Assembly (NCBI GenBank): GCA_963782915.1
Contig: CAWALK010000015.1
Coordinates: forward strand, 64,001-128,000
DNA from: an uncultured archaeon
GTDB taxonomy: Archaea > Thermoproteota > Bathyarchaeia > Bathyarchaeales > Bathycorpusculaceae
Direction of reading: 5' to 3'
DNA: 64,000 nt
The notes under the pieces were generated by a model, which had not been told where the DNA came from, ran no database searches, and saw nothing but the letters and a program-made list of their open reading frames with translations. The translations under genes were made by a program, and so were the position numbers. This document shows, one piece after another, positions 22,400-33,126 of the stretch (position 1 is the stretch's first letter; the number at the start of each line of letters is the position of its first letter).

Positions 22400-25000
22400 A
22401 TGAAATTATTAACGAATAAAATTGCAGCAATTATAGTAATTGCTCTTTTAGCAGCCTCAATTGGACTATCAATCGCACCAAACACACAGGCGCACACTCC
22501 CGCATGGCAAATCACAACGTTTGCCTACATCAGCGCAGCGCCAAACCCAATCGGCGTCGGTCAACAGTCAAACATCGTCTTTTGGCTAGACACCGTCATT
22601 CAGGGCGCAGGCATCACCAACAACATCCGCTTCCAAAACTACAACTTAACCATTGTAGCACCCGACGGAACAAAAACAGAAAAAATCTACCCAACAGTTA
22701 CAGACACAACTTCTTCACAGTACTTCCAATTCACACCAGACCAAGTAGGCACATACAACCTCTACTTCAACTTCCCAGGCCAAGTCTACCAATTCGGCAC
22801 AGCCGGCGGCCAATACAATAACGATACCTACACAGCAAGCAGCGCATCAGCCACACTAACAGTACAGCAGGAACCAGTAGCAGGCTTATCAGCAATCCCA
22901 TTACCCACTGAGTACTGGGCACGACCAATCTTTGGCCAAAACCACCTATGGTCAAGCATAGGCTCAAACTGGCTAGCAGGCGCATCAACAGCTGACCTCT
23001 GGCAAAAGAACGGCCTATCACCTGAGAGTGCACACATCGTCTGGACAAAAGCTCTCGAATACGGCGGCTTAACAGGCGACATAACCACACAATACGGCCA
23101 AGACCAACTCACCGCACCAACATACTACAGTGGCTTCTCATACAACACAAGATTCGGCAACCCAATCATCATGCAAGGCGTACTATACTACCAAGAACCA
23201 AACGGCGAAACAGGAAACAACGGACAAATGGTCGCAGTTGACTTAACCACTGGCCAAACACTCTGGACAAGCAACACCTTCTTCCCAACTAAAGCTTCAC
23301 TGGTTTCATTCGAATCCGCAAACCAACACGGTATGATCGGCGGCATTCTATGGCAAGTTTCAGGCTCTACTTGGATTGGCTATAACGCAGCAAACAAACA
23401 ATGGATAATGAACCTCACCAACGTTCCATCAGGCACAGAAGTAACCACCAACACCGGCGACATACTACGCTATGTACTAAACTATAACACAGCCACAAAC
23501 AAAGGCTGGGTAGCAGTTTGGAACAGCACAGCAGCCATCCTTAGCCAATCAACAATCAACAATGAACCAGGCTGGCCAAACGGCGGCTCAACTGTCACCA
23601 ACGGCACAGTAGGCACCGGCGTAGTTATCGACGCAGGCAAAGCAGCATGTTACTCATCCAACACAACCCTTACCTCAAGCCTAGCAGGCAGCACAGCACC
23701 AGCCATCGTCGGCGTTCTCCCAGGCGACATAATCCTCGGAAGAAGCAGCAGCATCGGTTTAGTTTCACAGCCAAACCCAAACGCTAACCCATGGACAATG
23801 TGGGCACTTAGCGACAAAGCAGCATCACGCGGATCATTACTCTGGCTCAAAAACTATGCAGCCCCAGAAGGCAACCAAACCGAAATGCTCTCAATGCAAC
23901 CCATCGACCCAGTCACACGCGAATTCACAACCACCAGATTCGAAACCGGACAACGCTTAGCATACAGCTTAGACACTGGCGAAAAAGTCTTCGGTCCAGT
24001 CGGCCCATCTATGCCACCACAGTTCCAATACTACAGTGGACGTGAAGGTCTACCGGCATACGGCAACCTCTACGTTGCAGGTTACGGCGGAGTCCTATAC
24101 TGCTACTCAATGACCAACGGAGAATTACTCTGGACATACGGCAACGGCGGCGAAGGCAACAGCACAAACACCGGATTAAACACACCATGGGGTAACTATC
24201 CAACCCACATCGCAGGATTCGCAAACGGCATCGTCTACACCATGTCAGGCGAACACTCACCCAACACACCACTCTACCAAGGATACAGAGCACGAGCAAT
24301 CAACGCATCCAACGGAGCAGAACTCTGGACACTTCTTGACTGGTCCGCATCAGGCTTAGGCACATCCAACGCACCAATCGCCATAGCAGACGGATACATG
24401 GTATTCGCCAATGCATACGACGGCCAAATCTACGCAACAGGCAAAGGCCCAACACAAACAGAAATCGACATCCAAAACAACGTTATCCAACAAGGCAACA
24501 GCGTCCTAATCCAAGGCACAGTCATGGACATATCAGCAGGCACAACTCAGAAACAACAGGCAGCACGCTTCCCAGACGGTGTTCCGGCAGTATCTGAACA
24601 AAGCCAAACTGCATGGATGGAATACGTCTATCAACAGCAACCACTTCCAACCAACGCATCAGGCGTAACAGTCACCCTAAGCGCAGTTGACCCCAACGGA
24701 AACTATGTAACCATCGGCCAAGCAACAAGTGACGCCAAAGGCATATTCGCCTTAACATACACACCAGAAATCTCAGGCATGTACAGAATCTACGCAAGCT
24801 TCGGCGGCTCAGCATCATATTATGCATCATCAGCAGAGAACGTGATGAGCGTAGTTAACGCACCAGCAGCATCTCCAACAGCAACTCCGGCACAAGCTTC
24901 AATGGTTGACCAGTACTTCCTACCAGGCATCATCGGCATAATCGTTACTATCATTGTTGTCGGCGCAATCATAGTGCTTGCACAAAGAAAACATCCATAA
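22400..25000 (+). CDS. Secreted, membrane-anchored PQQ-like beta-propeller protein (paralogue)
   Basis: Same architecture as 18995-21502 (PNPIGVGQ, LPTEYWARPI, ARFPDGVPAVS, C-terminal TM); ATG 22400 follows AGGAG. Confidence 0.85.
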   Translation: MKLLTNKIAAIIVIALLAASIGLSIAPNTQAHTPAWQITTFAYISAAPNPIGVGQQSNIVFWLDTVIQGAGITNNIRFQNYNLTIVAPDGTKTEKIYPTVTDTTSSQYFQFTPDQVGTYNLYFNFPGQVYQFGTAGGQYNNDTYTASSASATLTVQQEPVAGLSAIPLPTEYWARPIFGQNHLWSSIGSNWLAGASTADLWQKNGLSPESAHIVWTKALEYGGLTGDITTQYGQDQLTAPTYYSGFSYNTRFGNPIIMQGVLYYQEPNGETGNNGQMVAVDLTTGQTLWTSNTFFPTKASLVSFESANQHGMIGGILWQVSGSTWIGYNAANKQWIMNLTNVPSGTEVTTNTGDILRYVLNYNTATNKGWVAVWNSTAAILSQSTINNEPGWPNGGSTVTNGTVGTGVVIDAGKAACYSSNTTLTSSLAGSTAPAIVGVLPGDIILGRSSSIGLVSQPNPNANPWTMWALSDKAASRGSLLWLKNYAAPEGNQTEMLSMQPIDPVTREFTTTRFETGQRLAYSLDTGEKVFGPVGPSMPPQFQYYSGREGLPAYGNLYVAGYGGVLYCYSMTNGELLWTYGNGGEGNSTNTGLNTPWGNYPTHIAGFANGIVYTMSGEHSPNTPLYQGYRARAINASNGAELWTLLDWSASGLGTSNAPIAIADGYMVFANAYDGQIYATGKGPTQTEIDIQNNVIQQGNSVLIQGTVMDISAGTTQKQQAARFPDGVPAVSEQSQTAWMEYVYQQQPLPTNASGVTVTLSAVDPNGNYVTIGQATSDAKGIFALTYTPEISGMYRIYASFGGSASYYASSAENVMSVVNAPAASPTATPAQASMVDQYFLPGIIGIIVTIIVVGAIIVLAQRKHP

Positions 25001-25338
25001 GCAACTAAAAATCAATCTATCTTTCTTTTTTTATTTTTTTTAACTTTCAAGAACCTTTTCGTATTCTGCCTATCTCGTTGTTTTCTGTTTTTCTAGTAGA
25101 AGATAATGGCGCAGGCTCCTATACCCTTCTTCTTCCTGTGGACTTGGTAGGCGACTCTGTTTTGATGTCTGCGTTTGGTTTGGGTTGCAGGCTGGTTGAG
25201 GCGTTTTCTACCAGCAGCTCCTTATGGCGTTCAAGGTTCACATCTAATCTGCCGCACCAAACCATCCCCAACGTAGAAAACGCCTGCGGCTTGAGTTTCA
25301 AATTCTAACAAAATAACATACCCCAAAACCGGGGAGAA

Positions 25339-26442
25339 TTAGGTTATATTCGCTGTTACTATCCATGAATCGGGAGTGCTTGTGTATGTGTATATTCTTT
25401 TCATGTTGTTGATATAGAAGGTTAGAGAGGTTATGCTCGGTAGAGTTGTTTTGCTTATAGTTGCTTCGACGCTGTTTAATCCGCCGTTTTTGGTAATTGA
25501 GACTGATAATTTCCCTGCCGTTGTAAGTTGAAAGGCTGTTACGTTGGTGGCGTTTGATTCAATCTCTACAGCACGTGTTAATGGCTTTGATGTCGGTGGA
25601 GGCGTTGCTGCTGGTGTTGGAGTGGGTATTGGGGTTACTGTTGGGAGTGGGGTAGCGGTAGGTGTTGGAGTCGCTGTTGGGGTAGCCGTCGAGACTGGAT
25701 TTGATAGAGCAAAATAGTTGTAAACAACTACATCGTCAGCCCAAACCTCTCCAGCAAAATTCCGACCTTCACCATATGCAACAGCGAACCTATCGATGCC
25801 ATGCGAGCCGAATTTGTTATTAAAAATTGCATTATTCACACCAGTGATAATTTGGGTATTAGCATCATTAACTGAAAACACATAGGTGCCGTTTACACTA
25901 TCGACTTTTGCGTATAACGAAAGCTTGAACCATGTATTTGGTGCAGGTGTTGGCGACGTAACGAAAAATCGTCCGCCGCTCTTGCTATCTTCATACCAAA
26001 AAACCCATTTGTACGCTCCATTGTTGTAGAATATTCCAGAATTGGCGATTACTTCAGCGTCTGTAGAAATGAATGGATTTCCAACAACTAATGCACCTGT
26101 TTCAACATATGAGCCTTCTACTCCATACGGTAGCGCAGTGTAACGATGCCAAACTTCGAGGTATACCTCATTTTGGCTTGATGGGAAGACATAGACTGGT
26201 TCGTAGAAAGAGTATTGTCCTCTGCAAGCATAATTTCCGCTATGCTTGTAGGTGGTGCTAACTGTTGGGTTACCGTTTCTGTCGTTCCATTTTGATAGGT
26301 TCCCCGTTTCAAAGTCATCTGAAAATAGAACTGTGGTATCTGCTTGGGAAAGCAAGTTTGTCGATAATGGAACGATTATAATTGAGATACAGATCAATAT
26401 TAAAAAGATACCGAAAAGGGTTGAAGGTTTTTGTGATACCAT
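25339..26442 (-). CDS. Secreted protein with a lectin/polysaccharide-lyase-like jelly-roll domain and a Pro/Thr linker
   Basis: N-terminal TM, LFSDDFETGNLSKW, VWADDVVV and (TP)n linker. Confidence 0.65.
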   Translation of the reverse strand: MVSQKPSTLFGIFLILICISIIIVPLSTNLLSQADTTVLFSDDFETGNLSKWNDRNGNPTVSTTYKHSGNYACRGQYSFYEPVYVFPSSQNEVYLEVWHRYTALPYGVEGSYVETGALVVGNPFISTDAEVIANSGIFYNNGAYKWVFWYEDSKSGGRFFVTSPTPAPNTWFKLSLYAKVDSVNGTYVFSVNDANTQIITGVNNAIFNNKFGSHGIDRFAVAYGEGRNFAGEVWADDVVVYNYFALSNPVSTATPTATPTPTATPLPTVTPIPTPTPAATPPPTSKPLTRAVEIESNATNVTAFQLTTAGKLSVSITKNGGLNSVEATISKTTLPSITSLTFYINNMKRIYTYTSTPDSWIVTANIT

Positions 26443-26638
26443 GTTTTTACCTCTTAAAACCGATAAAATTAGCCAAGGACTAAAATTCACATTAACCTCT
26501 TAAATTCTATCTTGTAACGTACAACACGGTTAACGCCCTTCAACCAGCCAAGAAGTATGCCCGATAATGCAATAGTTATCGAGGGACACTCAAGCTACTT
26601 GCCTGAAAACCGCCCGAGCCACTTACAGTCGTAGGGTT

Positions 26639-26742
26639 TCATCGGCGTATATTCTTTAGTTCTTCTTTGGCTTTTTCAGTTGGGTACTTGTTTTCTGTAG
26701 TGTCGACGAGACGTACCCGACGTGGTAAAGGTTGTAGCGCAT
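26639..26742 (-). pseudogene. 3' remnant homologous to the tail of ORF 9144-9509
   Basis: RYNLYH..RLVDTTENKYPTEKAKEELKNIRR* versus RYNLYHRLYRFADATEDEYQAEKAKERLKKIRR; about 50 nt downstream also similar. Confidence 0.7.
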
Positions 26743-26765
26743 CTAAACGCCGAAAAAAGAAGTGA

Positions 26766-28136
26766 TTAATTGCATTTGGGCTCTATATGCACTGTTACCA
26801 CTGTATTGGCGAAGTGCTCTTTGGTTTCTTTCTCGAGCGCAGAGGCTAAACGGTGAGCTTCTTTTATTTGGACCTGTTTTGTGAAGCAGCAGTCAATGTT
26901 GATGTAGCGTTTGCCCTCTGCCGCATAAGTCAATACTTTCCTGATCTGCAGGTTTCCGCCGATGCTCTTTGCGGCGTCGTTGACGACTTTTTGCAGTTTT
27001 GTTTCGTTGAATTGTTCTGCCGGTATGGCTTCGCCTGATGGTTCAACGTGTACAGTGATGTTTTCAAGCGGCTTAATCGCTAGTTTTATCTTTTGTTCGA
27101 TTGTCTCAGCGATTTTGTGGGCTTCTTCCACTGACAACTCTGGGTTAACGTATGCATGTAGGGTGATGTAGAGTTTGCCGCCAACTAAGCTGGTAGAGAC
27201 TTCATGGACCTCTTTAACGCCCTCGATAGTTGCCAACTTGATTACTTCGTTTTGCAGTTTCTTCTCCTTATCCGAAGGTTCAACATGGATGGTTGCATCA
27301 ACATTGCCGAAGTTATCCTTTAGGCATGCTTCGATTTTGGAGGCTAAGGAATGTGCATCTTCCAAGCCCATGCCGTTGGGAACTTGAACTGACGCATCAA
27401 CAAAAACTTTGGTGCCAACCTTGCGAAGCTTCAGGTTTACGATTTTTACAACTCCTTCACATGATAGGATGGCTTTTCGGGTATTGGCAACAATTTCTTT
27501 TGAGGCGGTGTCACTTAGTTCCATGACGCTGGATTTTGCTAGTTTGAGGCTCAAGTATGTGAGCATGCAACCTAGGAAGATTGATGCGAAAGCGTCTGCT
27601 CCAATGAAGCCCAATAGTGCGAGGCCGAAACCGATTAGAGCAATGATTGTTGAGCCAAGGTCGGCGATTGCGTCGTAGAATCCAGCTTTCATAGATTGGC
27701 TTTCGGTGTGCTGGTTTTTCTTGAAAACAGTTACTCTTAGTGATGCGATGATGAGTGCGTAAGCTATTGCTGCGAAACCAGTGTATTCTATGCCGCCTTC
27801 AAGTGTTGCTCCGGATATGAGTCTGAGTGCAGCTTCATAGAAGATTATACAGGCAACCGCAATCAGTACGATGCCACCGATTAATCCGCCTATAGCCTCG
27901 AATTTTTCATGACCATAAGTGTGCTCCTCATCTGCAGGTTTAAGTGAAGCACGTACCGCAAAGAATAACATTACACTTGAAAGAGCATCCAGCAAAGCAT
28001 GTAAGCCGTCGCTTATGATGGCTAAACTGTTAACATATGCGCCTATGGTTACTTCAACGATTACGACACTAAAGATTGCTACGGCAGAAATTTTTAATGC
28101 CTTAAGCTTTGCTTGCCCTTCAAGATTAAATTGCAT
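26766..28136 (-). CDS. Cation diffusion facilitator with three C-terminal dimerisation domains
   Basis: SLAIISDGLHALLD and PADEEHTYGHEKFE; three IHVEP/VHVEP/VHIEP repeats. Confidence 0.9.
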   Translation of the reverse strand: MQFNLEGQAKLKALKISAVAIFSVVIVEVTIGAYVNSLAIISDGLHALLDALSSVMLFFAVRASLKPADEEHTYGHEKFEAIGGLIGGIVLIAVACIIFYEAALRLISGATLEGGIEYTGFAAIAYALIIASLRVTVFKKNQHTESQSMKAGFYDAIADLGSTIIALIGFGLALLGFIGADAFASIFLGCMLTYLSLKLAKSSVMELSDTASKEIVANTRKAILSCEGVVKIVNLKLRKVGTKVFVDASVQVPNGMGLEDAHSLASKIEACLKDNFGNVDATIHVEPSDKEKKLQNEVIKLATIEGVKEVHEVSTSLVGGKLYITLHAYVNPELSVEEAHKIAETIEQKIKLAIKPLENITVHVEPSGEAIPAEQFNETKLQKVVNDAAKSIGGNLQIRKVLTYAAEGKRYINIDCCFTKQVQIKEAHRLASALEKETKEHFANTVVTVHIEPKCN

Positions 28137-28261
28137 ATTCCAATCTATCTAAGCTCGCTGCAAGGGCGATTTAAGAATTGTGGGCTAAAACGATTATTTA
28201 ATGTTGCAGCTAACGCTTTTTTCGGGCGTGACTTAAATAATTCCCAGTTAAGTTTTAAGCG

Positions 28262-29506
28262 ATGAAGTTTTCGGGGCTTTTCCGTGGAGACCAAGCGGTT
28301 CTAAGAGGCAACTTTCTACTAATAACTGTAAGCTGGATAATCATGTTCTCCGCGCAGCCTATCCCAGACACCTACGCCAGCCTATATTATCTTCATCTTG
28401 GAGCCAACGAATTAATGCTCGCAGCAATGGGCTTCGCAGGCTCAATCGCAGTGGCTTTAGTCCAGTTTCCAGGCGGCTACTTAGCCGACAAACATGGTAG
28501 ACGATGGCTTATTGTCACCATGACCTTTGGAATGGCCATCGGCAGCTTATTCTTTATTTTTGCCCCCTCATGGGAATTCATTCTGATTGGTTTGCTTGTG
28601 CAGAACTTCTGTTCAATCTATGGACCAGCCTTGATGGCGATGGTAATTGATTCCTTACCGTCCCAAAATAGAGGGGCTGGTTTTAGTTTCCAATCGGTAG
28701 TTACAACGTTGGTTCTGTTGCCTGCCCCATTAATCGCCCAGTACCTTGTAGCTACCTTCAACTTCGATTTCGGAATGCGCATAGCCTACACATTAACCGC
28801 TACCGCATACTTTGCCATCGCTATTTTACGATTTAGATTAACAGAAACCCTGCCACCAGCTGGCCAAAAAGCGAAGTTCAGCTTCGTTGACGCTCTACGC
28901 AGCTATCCAAAAGCAGTCAAAGAGGGCATCTGCGTCTGGCGAAAAGTCCCAAAATCAGCCTTCAACCTTTTCTTAGCCATAATCGTCGTAAATGGGTTGG
29001 TGGTTAGTTGTGCAACATACTTTGTTGTCTACGCAACTTCGGTTCTCAGTATGTCCCTTGAGCAGTGGGCGCTTGTAATGACCTTTAGGTACCTAACCAT
29101 TGCGATTCCCGCAATACTTGCTGGTTTTAGTATGGATGCTTTGGGAAGAAAACGCTTCCTCATACTGGGTTACCTGCTCTATATCCCTGGTATGTTGCTT
29201 TTCATCAATGCTGACTTTAACATGCTTTTGCTTGCATTCTTCTTCTTTGGATTAGGCAACCTATTACAGCTAAACAGCTACCAAGTGCTGATGGGCGATT
29301 TGGTTCCAAGAAACCTCAGAGGAACCGCTACAGGTTGCCTACAATTCTTCATGTTCTTAATGCAGGCTATTCTGCAGATTGTCATCGGCGTTATCTATGT
29401 GTATGTTTCGCCTCAGCTGCCGTTTCTGCTATTAGCGGTTACTATGCTGCCTTTGTCGCTTTTTGTGCTCTGGCGTGTTCATGAACCCAAAGTAAGAGAA
29501 GCCTAA
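28262..29506 (+). CDS. MFS transporter
   Basis: GGYLADKHGRR motif A; about 12 TM helices. Confidence 0.9.
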   Translation: MKFSGLFRGDQAVLRGNFLLITVSWIIMFSAQPIPDTYASLYYLHLGANELMLAAMGFAGSIAVALVQFPGGYLADKHGRRWLIVTMTFGMAIGSLFFIFAPSWEFILIGLLVQNFCSIYGPALMAMVIDSLPSQNRGAGFSFQSVVTTLVLLPAPLIAQYLVATFNFDFGMRIAYTLTATAYFAIAILRFRLTETLPPAGQKAKFSFVDALRSYPKAVKEGICVWRKVPKSAFNLFLAIIVVNGLVVSCATYFVVYATSVLSMSLEQWALVMTFRYLTIAIPAILAGFSMDALGRKRFLILGYLLYIPGMLLFINADFNMLLLAFFFFGLGNLLQLNSYQVLMGDLVPRNLRGTATGCLQFFMFLMQAILQIVIGVIYVYVSPQLPFLLLAVTMLPLSLFVLWRVHEPKVREA

Positions 29507-30381
29507 ACGTGGGCAGCAATGGGATTAACCATTACTTTTTCCAGTAATCCCTCTTTTTCTTCTTTTACTATGGGCATTCGATATACTGTGACTGCTCTGG
29601 AACTGTTCCATGTTTCATTAAAGTTTTCGCGGTAAGCCCCAACTATGTTAGTGTCATTTGTCCAAAGGATACTTGGGTAACCCGCCTGTGTTTTCTGCTG
29701 TGTTGCAATCCAAACCTCTTTGTCATCTATCAACTGGTAATTTTTACAGGCACACCTATCAATCAATTTTACTTTATAAGATCCGTTTCGGGGAGCAATC
29801 TTTTCAGCGATTTGCATAGCCTCATCCTTACCCTCAGAGCCCACTATAATTAAACGTAATTTTGCATTGCCGTTTTCAATTATTTGCGTGTAAGCTCGAA
29901 AAGCGTGGATGGCTGGTGTTTTTATTTGTTCTATGGTTGTAACTACCATGAGGTTTTTTGTTCTTCTTTTGAAGCTTTGTTCGCTACGGTTCAGGATTGC
30001 TTCGTCGGTTGTTAGAAGGGTGAATCGTGCGTCCTCCTTGCTTTCTGGCTGTTGCTGGATTGTCTCTGACAATTCGTTAAGGTTTTTTTCCAGTTGAGTG
30101 ATTCGTTGGTCGGATTTTTCTTTTTCTTTCAGAATTATGCTTTCTAACGCTTTTTTGACGGGTAATGCCTCAATCATGAAGGGTTTATCGATGGTTCTGG
30201 TTATTAGCCCCATTTTCTCAAGCTTAGGTAACAATTTGTAGATGTCTTGTCTGTGTAGCTGAGTGTTCTTTGAGATTCTTCCTACCCCAGTTTTCCCTGC
30301 TTGAACGATACTGAGGTATACCTTCGCTTGATTTATGGTAAAACCAAAATTCGTCATTTTTTCAACTAAATCTTCTTGCAT
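29503..30381 (-). CDS. TrmB family transcriptional regulator
   Basis: FGFTINQAKVYL and HRQDIYKLLPKLEKMGLI HTH; PLD-like effector domain. Confidence 0.85.
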   Translation of the reverse strand: MQEDLVEKMTNFGFTINQAKVYLSIVQAGKTGVGRISKNTQLHRQDIYKLLPKLEKMGLITRTIDKPFMIEALPVKKALESIILKEKEKSDQRITQLEKNLNELSETIQQQPESKEDARFTLLTTDEAILNRSEQSFKRRTKNLMVVTTIEQIKTPAIHAFRAYTQIIENGNAKLRLIIVGSEGKDEAMQIAEKIAPRNGSYKVKLIDRCACKNYQLIDDKEVWIATQQKTQAGYPSILWTNDTNIVGAYRENFNETWNSSRAVTVYRMPIVKEEKEGLLEKVMVNPIAAHV

Positions 30382-30633
30382 ACTTTTTTGCCTGCCCAAA
30401 TTCAGGAGTCCCAACTCCTGACTGAGTAGCTTATTTTATTTGAAGTCCACTTAAAACTTTCGTATATTACAAAATATGGACCTATCTACATAACAGGAGT
30501 CCCTATTTTATTCAACACTATTTTTCCAAAGCGGCACGGGCAAGTTAATGCTTTCTTGAAGAAAAATCAGAAAAAGCTGCATCGATAGGCATTTAGGCTG
30601 GAAGAAGAGTATATCAGCAAACAGTTGATGCAC

Positions 30634-31917
30634 ATGGCACTGGTAAAGATAAGCCAAATATTAGAAGGCAACTGCAAGGACCAAAAAGTCACCGTTCGCG
30701 GCTGGGTATACCGCAAACGCGAAGGAAAAGCACTCATATTCCTAGTTATCAGAGACTCAACAGGAGTAATCCAATCAACCATCAAAAAAGACAGTCCCTG
30801 CTGGAATGAAGCCCAAAAATTAACCATCGAATCCTCACTCTCCCTAGAAGGAACAGCACGAGAAGACACACGTGCACCAGGCGGATTCGAAATCGGCGCA
30901 GAAGCCATAGAAATAATTGGCATAGCCGAAAACTTCCCCATCAGCAAAGACAAAAGCGAAGAATTCATCCGCGACATGCGCCACCTCTGGCTACGCAGCA
31001 GAAAAATGAACCTCGTCATGAAAGTCAGAGCTGAAACCCTAAAAGCAGCCCGCGAATACTTCGAACAACAGAAATACACCGAAGTTTCACCGCCCATGTT
31101 CATCTCAGCAGCAGTAGAAGGCGGCTCAACACTTTTCGGCCTAAAATACTTCGAACAAGACCTCTACCTAACACAAAGCAGCCAACTCTACCTCGAAATA
31201 CTCATCTACTCACTAGAAAACGTCTACTGCATCGCACCCTCTTTCCGTGCAGAAAAAAGCCGCACCATACGCCACTTAACCGAGTACTGGCACATCGAAG
31301 GCGAATGGCCCTTCTCAAACATGGAAGAACTCATGAAATTCGAAGAAGGCCTCATGTCATATGTCTGCAAAGCCATCAGTGAACGCTGCCAAGCAGAATT
31401 CAAAGAACTCGGCGCAGACATCGAGAAACTAAAAGCCGTACAAGCACCATTCCCAAGAATCACCTACAAAGAAGCCATCGAACGCCTAAAAACCAAAAAC
31501 CCAGCATTAGACTGGGGCGCAGACTTAGGCTATGAAGACGAAAAGGTGCTGGCAGAAGACTTCGGCAAACCATTCTTCGTCTATGATTACCCAACCGCCA
31601 TCAAAGCGTTCTACTGCAAAACCTACCGCGACCACCCAGAAATCGCCATGTCCGTAGACATGATGGTTCCAAGAATCGGCGAAATCAGCACAGGCGGACA
31701 AAGAGAAGAAGACAAAGAAATCCTCATCCAACGCATGAAGGATCAGGGTTTGAAACCTGAAGAATACGAATGGTACCTTGACCTAAGACGCTACGGAACA
31801 GTCCCACACGTCGGCTTCGGCATGGGTTTGGAGCGGTTGCTGGTTTGGATGCTTGATTTAGACAACATCATCGATGCGATTCCGTTCCCAAGAACCACAC
31901 GTCGATTCTACCCCTAA
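30634..31917 (+). CDS. asnS: Asparagine--tRNA ligase
   Basis: OB fold VRGWVYRKR; LTQSSQLY; FRAEKSRTIRHLTEYW; YLDLRRYGTVPHVGFGMGLER. Confidence 0.92.
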   Translation: MALVKISQILEGNCKDQKVTVRGWVYRKREGKALIFLVIRDSTGVIQSTIKKDSPCWNEAQKLTIESSLSLEGTAREDTRAPGGFEIGAEAIEIIGIAENFPISKDKSEEFIRDMRHLWLRSRKMNLVMKVRAETLKAAREYFEQQKYTEVSPPMFISAAVEGGSTLFGLKYFEQDLYLTQSSQLYLEILIYSLENVYCIAPSFRAEKSRTIRHLTEYWHIEGEWPFSNMEELMKFEEGLMSYVCKAISERCQAEFKELGADIEKLKAVQAPFPRITYKEAIERLKTKNPALDWGADLGYEDEKVLAEDFGKPFFVYDYPTAIKAFYCKTYRDHPEIAMSVDMMVPRIGEISTGGQREEDKEILIQRMKDQGLKPEEYEWYLDLRRYGTVPHVGFGMGLERLLVWMLDLDNIIDAIPFPRTTRRFYP

Positions 31918-31946
31918 ACTTCTTTTCTTACTTTATTTTTTTAGTT

Positions 31947-33071
31947 TTAGAATGCCCACCAGCCCAACGCAAAAAGCATCGTAAAAAAGCAAAGCCAAGC
32001 CACAGAGACAGCTACAAGAACAACATTAACTGCTTTTCTCTTTGTTAATGCACCAAGCAGCATGAACATCGGAAACATCGCCATGATATAACGCGGAACA
32101 CTTATCCACCAAGAAGTCGAAACCGCCAACCCCCAAGTAAGGAACATATAAAGAAGGTAAGAAGGCCGCAGTCGCTTCCAAACACCCACCCCAATCATTA
32201 CAAGCCCAAACACTGCGAATGCGATGGGTGCTGCGCCGATGGTTAGGTTGTTTGCGAATTCGCCTGTTCCTGCCCAATACCAAGCCCGAGTTAAACCTGT
32301 CCATGGATCAAAAGTGTTATTCCAATGGGTGGCTTCTATGGTCATGAATGTAAAGGGGTTTCCCGTGACGGATTGGTTGATGCCTAAATAGATCAGAAAA
32401 CCAGCCAACGCAGAAAATGCGAAAGCAACGTTTAGCCTTATTTTCTTTGGTTTCCAACCAGTTTGATGAAAATACTCCAAAAGAAGCACTGGCAGCATCA
32501 GTAACCCCGCAAGCCGCGTTAGGGCCCCCAAGAAACTAAGCAAACCCACCAGCCACCATTTGCCGATTCGTGCATAATAGAAACAGGCGATTATCAACGC
32601 AAAAAAGAGCCCCTCCGTATATGGCGCTGACAGAAAGTAAGCGGTTGGAAAAACACTCAAGAACAACACAGCCTTCACCGCGGCGCCTGAATTGAATTCC
32701 AGTTTCGTGAGCTTGTAGAGGTAAAGAAAAGCGATTAGGCTGCAGGCGTTGGCGATTATTAACGCCGAAATGTTGCCATAAGCAAAATCGAATGTGATGG
32801 CTCTAATGAGCAAGGGGTAGAGGGGGAAGAAAACGATAAAGTTAGCGTCGTTGCCGACGTTCACGTATCCGTTTTGGGCGATGTTGACGTAGTTTGAGGA
32901 ATCCCAATAATGAAACAAGCTGTTGAAGACTGAGGTGGGCGGGGCGGCGCCGTTGTTAAGGTAGGTTACAGTGTAACCTATTGCGAGAACTAAGATTTTG
33001 GCTGCTAAAACGATTAGAATCGCAAGTTTGACCTGTTCAGGAATCCACCTGATATACTCTTTGGGGTTCAA
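31947..33071 (-). CDS. PIG-V-like mannosyltransferase (GT-C)
   Basis: WDSSNYVNIAQNGY, FFPLYPLLI, APYTEGLF and SVPRY. Confidence 0.85.
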   Translation of the reverse strand: MNPKEYIRWIPEQVKLAILIVLAAKILVLAIGYTVTYLNNGAAPPTSVFNSLFHYWDSSNYVNIAQNGYVNVGNDANFIVFFPLYPLLIRAITFDFAYGNISALIIANACSLIAFLYLYKLTKLEFNSGAAVKAVLFLSVFPTAYFLSAPYTEGLFFALIIACFYYARIGKWWLVGLLSFLGALTRLAGLLMLPVLLLEYFHQTGWKPKKIRLNVAFAFSALAGFLIYLGINQSVTGNPFTFMTIEATHWNNTFDPWTGLTRAWYWAGTGEFANNLTIGAAPIAFAVFGLVMIGVGVWKRLRPSYLLYMFLTWGLAVSTSWWISVPRYIMAMFPMFMLLGALTKRKAVNVVLVAVSVAWLCFFTMLFALGWWAF

Positions 33072-33126
33072 GCTTTCTCTACCAAGCTATTGAATCCCCA
33101 AGTTTTTAAAGTTTAAACAAAACGAT

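Noticed and set aside
25600-25700. Tandem DNA repeats
   Set aside because: Explained by the Pro/Thr linker of the encoded protein
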